This document shows positions 47,948 through 61,900 of a stretch of DNA of 64,000 bases, one piece after another. How positions within the stretch are numbered: position 1 is the stretch's first letter; each line of letters starts with the position of its first letter. A model generated the notes under the pieces. That model made no database searches. It was not told where the DNA came from and saw only the letters and a program-made list of their open reading frames with translations. The position numbers and the translations under genes are program-made. The DNA comes from Balanoglossus misakiensis (taxonomy: Eukaryota; Animalia; Hemichordata): NCBI GenBank assembly GCA_040954595.2, contig CM082580.2, forward strand, positions 5,570,783 to 5,634,782, in the 5' to 3' direction.

Positions 47948-48119
47948 TTTATTATATTATACCAGTATATTGATGGTGTAAATCACGCTATTTGATTGGT
48001 CGAGACATGACACGTGACCGTGATATATTAGCCATATACCACAGTCATATATCATAGTCAAAGAAAATGCCTTTTAAAAATGTTTTATGCAAAGTTTCAA
48101 TATACTGACATAATATAAT

Positions 48120-48261
48120 AGCAATAAAACACCCCAGCCATGGTATACCACTCGATTTTGACCAGTTCAACTCCATATACGCACTCGCTATCGCTCGTGC
48201 GTATATGTCGTGAACTGGTCAAAATCTCGTGGTATACCATGGCTGGGGGTGTTTTATTGCT
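48120..48261. repeat. Long palindrome/hairpin 2 (about 65-bp near-perfect arms)
   Basis: AGCAATAAAACACCCCAGCCATGGTATACCACTCGATTTTGACCAGTTCA...TGAACTGGTCAAAATCTCGTGGTATACCATGGCTGGGGGTGTTTTATTGCT. Confidence 0.93.
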
Positions 48262-50364
48262 TAATTAAATAATCACATCGGAGATAAAAGTACACAATAA
48301 TTCATTTGTATACATTAAATTAATTCATAGAATTTTCTTGGGTGTTGATTTGATTTGGTTGAATGTGGAGTTCATTATAGATGGCAAAATGCAATGCGCG
48401 AATCTAGGGAGAGGAAAAATTATCCCATAATGCTCTGCAGCCTTGTATAATATCTCTCATTTGGATAATTACCAACATTCTTGATATAACCTGCAATCAT
48501 GTTTCTGATGTAATTTCACGGGCTGTAACGATAAATCTGTTCACAGACTGCCTTTGCATAAGAAAGAACCATTACAGTCAGTTCACGTATGCCAATGCAT
48601 CCATTTCTTCGCCATAATGAAGTACATTTATAATTATGCCTGTACACCATACAATTACAATTCACATCACTAAAATTGTAAAACAAAATACATTCTATAA
48701 AATACCACTTTTTCTCTCAAATATTTAAATAGTGAATTCAATTCATGAGTTGTATAAAACATTATTAACATAACCTCTTCATACACTACTAGGCTCCACA
48801 GTCCCATATAATAAAGTAATGCATTTTATTATGTCAAATGTAGGTTGGAAGAATTAAGATATTTGTAAGTTCTTGAATGCGAGAAGATAGAAAATCTGTG
48901 ACCACTATTTTTCTATCTCTCTCTTGCTATTTCAGCTAACGGTTGTCCAAGGCAACTGCACCAACATGAAATACGATATAGTGCCAATTCTCCAAAAAAC
49001 GCCTCCAAGTTGCAAGTCAGTTGCAGGAACTGTGTACAAAATCATAACAGCACCAGAGACATTGTTTAACAAGTCTGAATACCAGACATCAAGGGTAATT
49101 TTGGATTCAGATTCAGAGGATGTAGCTTCTGAATATCCAAAAACAGTTCATCTTTAGATTCTGTGGTTGGTCAAATTAGACTGTTTTGTAATTTAGTCGC
49201 TGCATTTTGGGGGCAGGAATGAGGTAAGGTGTCAAATAATTTCACTGCAGACACTGCAAAATTAAATTCAACCAGCCAACATTTAGGTATGGACTTTTGG
49301 TATAAATATATATCATCAAAGAGCAATATTCTTTTCGATCTCATCTTCATCTACTTCACTTTTATTGCAGGGACAGATTGGCAAGCTTTCAGCTATATTC
49401 CATATTGCTACATCTTAATATGTCAATAGTACTTTCAATATTTATACAATATACTAGTATTTACAGTGAAACAGTATGCTTTCTGAATAACTTTTACATT
49501 CTTTCATCCCACTTTAGAATCAAGTTCACTTTTTTTCAAACTTTTTTTCAAAACAGCACAGTGCCTCGCCACAGCATTTTGCATTAGTAATATTCTTTTT
49601 GTCTGTATCCAAAACACACTTTGGATTGAAAAATAAGTTCATTAAGAAATTCATGTTCAAAACATACAGTACAGTGTCTGGGCAAGACAATGTGAAATCG
49701 TACATTCAATGTTTTAAAAATCTATATACATTGTATACATGTACATATTTGCAATAGGAATGTTTGACAGAGAGAAAACAAGTAATAAAATAATAGTTAG
49801 AGTGCTTTCAACTATACGTATATATATACATTGTATGTATAAAAGTCACTGTCTGCTGTACAAGTATAAAATTAATATAAGATTAATTGCACTGTAGTAA
49901 TCAGAAGTTCAAATATGCACCAATGATAGAAGATGTGAAAAAGGAAGCCCAAAGATGCTGTAATTTCTTAAAGATAACCATGTATGGTAGAAGCAAGATC
50001 TTCTATGATTAATCAGAGACATCAGAATCTCACTGAAATATAGACATTTATCGTTGAAATTTAGAAGCCATGGTAGACATTTACATTAGCCAAATTATTT
50101 ACACTTGGAAGCACTCAGGCTACTGCACTGTTTTCTTTTTTTTAATCTGATAAAATTCTCAAATGCACCAATCCTGCACAAACAGTCTTAACTTAAATTT
50201 TCATAATTTATTATAAAACCTCCCCCATTTCCACGTGTACTGGTCCAACTGCTGCACTGAAAACAATAGGACTGTACCACTTCATGTGGGGATACAAGAA
50301 GTACTGCAAATAGCTACCACACTGGTATATACATGTACTGTGGCTACTCTTTTCTCTCCAAGCC

Positions 50365-52995
50365 TCAGTGGTACCTGGAGACCGGCGCCCACATGTCCGG
50401 ATCGCTGCCGAACACGTCCTTCAGATCTTCCGTGTATTCGTCCAACTTGGTGGCGGTGTCCACCGAGAGCTTGACCAGCTTGCAGTTGTCCTCCACCTGC
50501 TCGGGCGTTCTCGCTCCCACCACCACGGCCGAGATGCCCTGCTGCGCCAGTATCCACGACAATGACGCCGCCGACATGGAGACGTTGTCTGCTGTGCAGA
50601 TGTCTCGGATGCTCTGCAGCGTCTGTCGGTGAAAAGTTAAATAAATTGGGATTATTACGAAGAAAACACATTTGCCACAATACTGCTTACACAGTCAGCA
50701 GTATTGTGAGGTGGCCACTAACACAGGTTTGACTGAATCTATCACCTTGGCTTATAATGCACCTCTAAAATCAGTGAGCATTGACGGAGATTGTGAACTT
50801 TCACTTATAGCACAGATACAGGCCAGTTTAGGAAAGTCCCTTGACTGGCCACTATACCGGTAGACAGGTATGACTAGTCATATCCCACATTTACAGTTTA
50901 CAAACTTGTAACAGTTTGGTGCTTTTCACTATATCGGTTCTGCATCACTGAGGCTTGTTTGTTTCTATGCGGAAGTCCAATTTCTCGGCTGGGCACCCTG
51001 CATATTTCTGCAACTTACTTTGAAAGTCTCGGCCTCAGCCCCTGCCTGGCCATGCCTGACGGCTGGTGAACTGTCCTTACTGAAGTGACGTGTCCTGCGG
51101 CGGCCATCGGGGACATCTTCCGGTTTGGTGAAGCGGCCCGACAGCAAGCCCTGCTGTAAGGGCGAGTACGCCAAAACGCCAATGTTGCGCTTCAAACACT
51201 CGGGTATGATCTCATACTCTATTGCCCTCCACAATAAATTGTACGGTACCTGGGTGAAAAAAAGAATAAATGCAACTTCTGTGAATGAAGCAGAGAGTAC
51301 TTTTGTAGGGGGTGGTAGCCTGGTAGTCCTGACCCTTTCACCACAATGGTTCAGTCCAAACCCAATGTTTACTATGGTAAGGTTGGACCTCTTAAGAGGG
51401 AACTGGGGGTGACTTGGTTAAAGGGGTTCCCCTTGGCATAATGCTTATGAGTAGCAAGGCACCCAGACCACTAACACTGTTCCTGTGTATTTTGAAAGCA
51501 TATTTCTATATACAAGTTACAAGTTATCTTATTTACTTTCAATGGGGGGAAAAAAGACTAAACACTAAACTGTTTGAGTGTTCTTCATCATTCTGTCAAT
51601 CGCATGAAAACAGTGAAACTGCATCTAATTGTACAACATAAACAGCCACAACTGACCTGGTTTGTACACACACTGCCCCCGAGGTCGCACACGTCTGTGA
51701 GATCTTTTGGTCCAAAGTTGCACACGCCATACGCCCGTATTCTTCCCTTGGACTGCTGCCTCTTGAGTTCTTCTATGGTTTCTTTTGAGTTTTTAACATT
51801 GGGCATCCAATGGATCTGTCAAGTGAAGACACTAGTCATAGCCAAGTCCGTCATGGATGTACTGTTTAATAGCCAATACTGAGTAACAGTGACATTGAAC
51901 CCCTCAACCACCAGTAACTACGGGAGTACCAAGAGCAGGTTGGTGTAATGAAAGTCCAACTGGTCAAGCTGAAATTTGGCCATCGTCATACTCCCAGCAC
52001 ATGCTGGCCATACTGATCATTTGACCAATCAACAAGTCTGTCAAAGTGAGGAATAGAGCAATTCTGCTGTTGTTGTGTAGACTATTGGAAAAATATAACT
52101 CCAACCTACCTGATACAGATCAATGTAATCTGTCTGCAGTGCCTGTAAACTTGCAGTCAGTGCCTGTCAAGAGACATCAAAATGTACATAGTTTTTCGTG
52201 AAAATTGAAACTTTCCAATGCAAACACGTTCCGCATCCAAACATAATGACAAATGAACTGAGCAGAACTGGCATGCCTTGAAAAATTTCAACTGTACGCC
52301 AATCCAGAAGCATCCTGGGAAATCACGGTCATAGGTCACTTGCCTTGTCAATGTCTTCTGCCGAGTATGCCATTGGCTTGCCGTCTCTGAAAGAACCAAA
52401 TTTTGTGGCCACAACCACATCCCGTCGTCTGTTTCCAAGGCAGTTACCCAGCACTTTTTCTGATCCATGGTTAGCATAAGCCTACGGGTATCAAAATGAC
52501 CAAAGTATTAAAAGTGTTATATTTTCAACATAAAACAGCAGCTGTGATTGGTTACATTGTTACTGAAGTGCAGTCTGATTGGATAACTGTGCTACAAATG
52601 ATCGTGTCATTTTTTTATAAATCAAAAGTTTCAGAAGAAAATTAAAGCTTACCTCTGCTGTGTCAAAAAAATTGACTCCTAATTCTAGTGCTTTATCAAC
52701 TATTGCCTTTGAAGTCTGCAGGGGGAAAACAAAAATCAAACTAAAGGGAGAATTCATCAGCAAACTTTTTCAAAATAACAAACAAATTGGAATGAGCCAA
52801 TTCAGTATAAGTGGAGTTTTGAAATGAACCACCTGGTACAGATATTATTATCATGTACTGGGATTCCAATATATCACTTACTTTTTCTGGTTGTGCTGGC
52901 CATGTGCCGTCAGCCTGGTCTGCATTGAACTGCCAGCAACCGATACACACCCTTGACACATTTAGCTCTGTACCGGGTAACGTGATCCTTTCCAT
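50365..52995 (-). CDS. Aldo-keto reductase family oxidoreductase (about 338 aa, 7 coding exons)
   Basis: Exons 52995-52882, 52715-52653, 52481-52344, 52163-52110, 51815-51657, 51249-51019, 50622-50365 (1017 nt). Motifs FFDTAEAY, VVATK, LQTDYIDLYQIHW, GRIRAYGVCN, NQVPYNLL, AYSPLQQGLLSG; catalytic D/Y/K/H tetrad present. Confidence 0.93.
51329..51421. mobile_element. ~90-bp piggyBac-like MITE copy (AKR intron)
   Basis: Its reverse complement aligns with the copies at 55087 and 56331 (cacccccagttccctct...gtccaac...tttggactgaacca..gtggtgaaaggg). Confidence 0.65.
52164..52343 (-). other. GC-AG intron in the aldo-keto reductase gene
   Basis: Donor AAG|GCAAGT; joining gives EDIDKALTASLQALQTDYIDLYQ. 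Reading through the donor hits TGA after four codons. Confidence 0.85.
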
Positions 52996-55086
52996 ATTTG
53001 TGACCTGATTTAATAGTTTGGTAGGCAGAGAGGTAGAGGGCAAATTGTTTTTATATTCCTGGTACTAAACAATTCGGTATTTCCGAATAATGTGTTGGCA
53101 ATTATACCAAACTAGCTAACCTGTTAGGCTATTTCAGACGTTACTTTTTACGGGTCAGTGCCAGGTCAGAACCCGACAAACAAACGTTCGAGTAACATGT
53201 TTATAGTACTGGCCTACATACATATACCTGGATGCATCAGATTACATGCAAAACCACACGTGCCCTCACCCACAGACACTGCAGATAAAAAGGGAATCAA
53301 CAGCTCCGCCAACTATAGACGCAGCGTCAAAACCGGTGGCAGTGCGGGGGAAAATATCCTCTGATGTTTGCGCCGAAATGTTCAACGGACAGAATAGGGG
53401 GCTAACGATTCAATCATTCCTCGGCCTGACTGGTATCTATGCTGTTGGCAAGCCCCACGGCATACGCACTTACATACAGGAAGGTCAACATACAATTTCT
53501 TTGAGTGCGCTGATTTGATGATACTGTCACATGGCAACAGATCTAGGCTATGGTTTCGCTTCTGTACACAAGCAGTCTCCGACAATGCTAAACACCGACT
53601 TAGTTTAAGCCATATATTCACTTACAAAACAGTTTAGTGTGTCTTACCTCAACTTTATGCTCGACCCCGATGTTACTTTGCAAGTACTTTTTTCAGTAAG
53701 CTACGTACTTTTACATGTACGCCCTCAAGCGTTGAACTTTTTGATATGGCTGTTAACTCGACTATGTAACTTCCAAGTGAGTTTAACGGCAATCGCGAAG
53801 AGCTTCCGAGAGTTTCAGATTGCCTAAAGCGAATTAAACTTGGTAAAGAAATGTTTCGGAAAAAATATTCATACGCTGTGATGTTTTAAATCGAAAATGC
53901 CTACGTGCCTATAGGGTCTCGTTTGTAAGCGCAAGTGGGCGTGTTTTTACACAGACGCGATAAAACGCTACCGTGTTACGAGCGAATCGTGTACGATCAG
54001 ATTTCTTTATTGAGAGCGTTTTATGGTCAAACAAATCGGTCCCACACTGGTACATCACAATAGGTGACAACGTCAGTAAACGTATGAATCAGAAAGAAAT
54101 CCTTCACATTACTACAATTAATCCGGTGGTTTCAATCGTGTCCCAAAGCAACACTTTTTGTTCGTCATTGAAACTTGAAGGGCGTTCGTGTTCGTCTGCT
54201 GATCCGCAGAGATTATGTAGCTAATCCTGCAGTTGGTGGCAGCTTGAGACTCACGCCCCCAATCAAATGATCAATCACATACTCTGGTAATGCAAAATTC
54301 AAAATTCATGAGTCAAGGTATTTCCATAGTATATATAGTTTTATTATTTTGTAGAAACTTCTGGGAAGTTTTTCAACAAATTATACACATTTAATATTGC
54401 AAAAACATGGCCACATCATACAATCAATGAAATACAAAAATACATAAGAACACAGAACTTGAATATTTTTCAAAGTTTACAAATGCAAAAACAACACATG
54501 GACATTCACTTAAAAATATTCTGGATGGCGGGAATTGGCCGTTACAATTTTCACACTAGTCCCTTTCATACAGGTATTGCAGGGTTGCCATCATCTCCGG
54601 TTTTATTTAACCAAACCTGTACATATTGCAATTCAAGCCTGGTATGTTGTTCCATTACTGCTGGCAGTTTTGTGCTTAAATAGTTAGAAGTTTGAAAGAA
54701 TTTTTGCTGTGGTCAAGTTGTCTGATAAGCTATACACATATAGGTGAGTGTGGGTACATCTGGAATTGTGCAAATGTACTTGGTTGCATTCAAAAACAGG
54801 AATAAAGGATGCTTCGCAAATTCTTGAGAACATGATTAACAGTAAAGGACTCTCTTGAAATATTTAATGCGACAAGTTTCCAATGATAGTATATAGTGTT
54901 CAACAACAACAAAAACAGCTGCTACAGGGCAGGGCTTTGGTTACAAACTTTGTACAGTATGCACAACTTTAAAAAATCACTTTTTTACGACAGAAAACAA
55001 TGTGTTCTTTACAATTCATACAAATCAACAGTCATTTTCAACATAAAATACGAACATACTGATTCACAAAGGTGGGTGGCAGGGGT

Positions 55087-55165
55087 TTAACCCTTTAAGA
55101 CCCAGTTCCCTCTTTAGGGGTCCAACTTCACCACAGGCAACAAACCATGGTGGTGGAAGGGCTAA
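55087..55165. mobile_element. piggyBac-like MITE copy (CDK5 3' UTR region), internally deleted
   Basis: TTAA-CCCTTT...cagttccctct...gtccaac...aaaccatggtggtggaaggg-CTAA. Confidence 0.6.
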
Positions 55166-55231
55166 ATTAGACTTGATGTAAGCTGTACCAGTTTCCAGTG
55201 GTTGTGGATATCCGAATGAGATCTGAACGTC

Positions 55232-58402
<3,171 letters not shown>

Positions 58403-58930
58403 CTCTGTGACAAAAGTCTACTTCCGGTGAGTGTTGGATGATGGGGCTGATTCTCTTTTCGATACTTTTTTACAAAACAATGTAACGAACTAAAATTCTA
58501 TGCCATACAGATCTTAAACTATTAAATATCAAGATAAATATTTATTGAATGTTATAATATCACAGTAATAATGAAATTTGACTTATGAACGTAATGACCC
58601 TATGACCCTAGGTCAAATATAGTTCCGACGAATTTCCAAAGTTTAAAGGTCGCTAGCAGACGACATGGCAAAATTTGATTGGTCTAAAGAGAGCCAAATA
58701 AAAGTCATCCGCAAACAAACTTTTCAAAATTTAACCAGTTGTAGGACAGGATAGTAAATTTTGGTAGTACTAAGACAATCTTTGTGAACACTAAATGTAT
58801 AAACATTTAGAAATGCGGCTGTAAAATGACTATTTTTGGAAAACCCTCAGGGACTAATTCTTCACGAGGCGTTATAAAAAGGGATTCCCCAGCTGTTGCA
58901 CGGCTACACCAAAGGTACACAAGTTACAAC
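58403..58930. promoter_or_regulatory. Probable bidirectional promoter between CDK5 and PDIA4
   Basis: Start codons face away from each other with 528 bp between them. Contains an ETS-like ACTTCCGG near 58420, TGACCC/AGGTCA half-sites at 58595-58615, and an ERSE-like element. Confidence 0.75.
58664..58682 (-). promoter_or_regulatory. ERSE-like ER-stress element CCAAT-N9-CCATG
   Basis: Reverse complement reads CCAAT CAAATTTTG CCATG. ERSE consensus is CCAAT-N9-CCACG, so one mismatch with exact spacing, upstream of an ER chaperone. Confidence 0.55.
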
Positions 58931-61900
58931 ATGGCTTTTACGATGAAGTTTAGGAAGTTGTACGTTCTCTTCGCTGTACTTTTCCTGGTTGCCCGTGTCA
59001 GCTTTGCGGATGACGATGTCGAGGAAGATGAAACAGGTTTGTTCCTCTTGTTTAACTGTCTTGATCACTAGTCTTTGCATTTGTAGCCAACCTGATGCAG
59101 AATAAGTGAGAGGGGTCATGTCACACCTCCTTGCAGACTTGACAGCTGGGGCTGTCACCGGTCACCGCCTTCTTTAGTTGACTTTCACAGTCAAAGGTAG
59201 TCATTGCATCCTTCTTTGTGGCTATGCTCGTGTGTCACCCCCTTTATAATTGAAAGTGAAAGAATGTATCTAATTTTCTGTTATTGGGCTTCCGTACCTG
59301 AAATAATCTATAACTTTTATGATCGTGTCCGTCGCATCGTCTGAAGTGAAGACCTTGGCAAGTGGTGGAAAATACTGTTTAACCAAAGTCAGTGATTGTT
59401 TCTATGAAAAGGAATCGCTAGACCTTTCGAAGTTATTTCGTGTTTGGTGGCTTTACTCTTTCCGTATCCTTTCCCGTAGTAAATGACTCCATTGTATCTT
59501 TGTTTATATAAAAGTTGTGGACTCGCAGAATGACACGTGTCCCTGGAGCTATTGTCATACAAATGTATGAAGTGTTATGCAAATGAGAACTTCAGTTATT
59601 TATGATGTAGTGTACGTGTAGCATTGCTTAGTGCAATATACTACATGTAATATATTCTTTGTCAAATTGAAAGAGCAAATTACTTTATTATTGAAATTTC
59701 TCTCGTATGTAATAATCAGACTTCGTTTTACAGACAAACTGAGGAAGGGGGTATGGGTGCATGTGTCCTACAAGTATTAACTTTGGTATAAGTATACAAT
59801 AAAAAAATACAATGATTCAAGATGTACAAATCAATTGGCCAGATTACCATAATACAATTTAATCATGACGTGTAAGATAAGCATTTGAAGATATTAATAT
59901 ATATCAGTAGACTGTAGATATCACAAATAGGAACTGGCACTATATTTAAATATTTGATTGGCTGGTAGCATACTATTTTTAAATAAAAGTTTATTGAAAG
60001 TTGAGACACGTAAGGATGGCATAAACTATGACACAATAGTGGGCATCCTGGGCAGATGGAATGCATTTCACACACACACCATTATTTTGAGATTTATTTT
60101 CTGGTAAGAGAATTGTCCGACAGCCTTAACACTGTACTTTTTTACTGTGTTCGTTTTAGTTGGGCAGAAATCAATTAGGAAGGGATTATATTGTTGATTA
60201 GTGAAAGTAACAGCTTGGACACATTAACATATGGTATTATCAAACAGACATTGCAGCACATGTGTTTTGAATGGAAAGTGGCACTTGATGGACTCTGCTT
60301 CAAGTTACCAGGCAAGTGCAAAGAAACATCCTGGAAACATTTTCGTAAATCCCTTTTCATCATTCAACAGGAGAAAATGATGAAGACGAAGAGCTTGAAG
60401 TTGACGTACAAGAAGAGGAGGGTGTTTTAGTGTTGACGGAGGAAAATTTTGATGATGTTATTTACAGTAAAGACATTGTATTGGTAGAATTTTATGCACC
60501 CTGGTAAGTGACCTCTAGTTTATTATACATCACTAACATTGATTCTGCAGTTATGCTGTCATTTTGATACAGGTGCATGTATATGCTGGTCCAATCTGTG
60601 TTTTGATAAAGATTGTGTAATACCTGTATGGGGACATTTGTTAATTAATGGTGAACATTTTTTGCTAGTTCATTATGTATTCAAACTACTACAAGAGTTC
60701 TTGATGTCCTGTCAGAGATTTATTATGAGTGAATGTAATAATGAAATCTTTGCGTTACTTTGTTTTTCAGGTGTGGCCATTGTAAAAAATTGGCACCAGA
60801 GTATGCCAAGGCAGCCCAGAGGTTGAAAGACAACGATCCACCAGTGGCACTTGGCAAAGTGGATGCTACAGAACACGAAGCGCTTGGCAGTCGATTTGAA
60901 GTCACCGGATACCCGACCCTGAAAGTATTCCGCAACGGTGAAGCGTTTGACTACAAAGGACCAAGAGACGAAGAAGGTACATTGTAGGATTTGTCAGTGT
61001 TGCGGTTGTATTGGAGGCCTCATTTTATGAGTTACATTTTGCAGGTTTCAGTCCCCAGACAAATCAGAATTGCTGTGAACTGTTCAAAGCAGGTATTAAC
61101 TCCATATAGATGAATGTCAGCCCGGTCAAAGTGGTTTGTGAAATTAACAGTGACTACCTAATCATGTCTGTTTGATATTAGCACATAATTTTGAAAGGTT
61201 GGTGGGTAAGCACTGAAACACGTGCACAAATATGCCTTCATTCTCCATTTGCTGCAAAGGAAATAAGTTACTTTATTTCAATAGCTTAATAAGGTTCAAT
61301 TTGAAGCTTATTTGAAACAAGACTTCTCCCAACTTGTGTTTTCATTGTTCTGAAACCATTAATTAATTTATTTTCACTTTGATTGTTTTTTTAGGAATTG
61401 TTAAATACATGCAAGAGCAAGCAGATCCCAATTGGAAACCCCCACCAGAAGCAGTCCTCACTCTGACCGAAGATAACTTTGATGATGTTGTCAATGAAGC
61501 AGATATTATTTTAGTTGAATTCTATGCTCCATGGTAAGGGGAGTCTTTTTTTCTTACAACTTTACCATGTTGCATTCCTCAGTATAAATATAAAGGTTTG
61601 CCAGAACTTGATCGATATAGCCCAGGTGTACAGGACATATCTGAATTTCATAGCCTTTTATGAATTCCTAAAACTTGTAATTTTAAACAGATGTATCCAG
61701 ATTGCATATCCAGATAAGAATAAGGTGCCTATTCATATTAATGCTTATTTAGAGATCGTATGTTAATAATTTGAACAAGTATCTTAATAGCAATTTGAAT
61801 ATCTCTTTGCACAGGTGTGGACACTGTAAGAAACTGGCCCCCGAGTACGAATCTGCAGCCCAAGTGTTGAAAGACAATGACCCGCCCATACCACTGGCTA

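Larger units (their letters stand above)
47450..48261 (-). mobile_element. Probable relic of a Crypton-like (tyrosine recombinase/DUF3504) element: N-terminal ORF fragment plus hairpins
   Basis: Acidic start MAESSDEHELFITQSTF (ATG at 47635), CACGTGAC and CCAAT/ATTGG motifs in mirrored arrangement, and two long hairpins. Family assignment is from recalled resemblance only; no recombinase domain is visible. Confidence 0.35.

Noticed and set aside
48300-50360. Short ORFs in the AT-rich region downstream of the AKR gene
   Set aside because: No domain similarity or splice support; consistent with 3' UTR or intergenic sequence.
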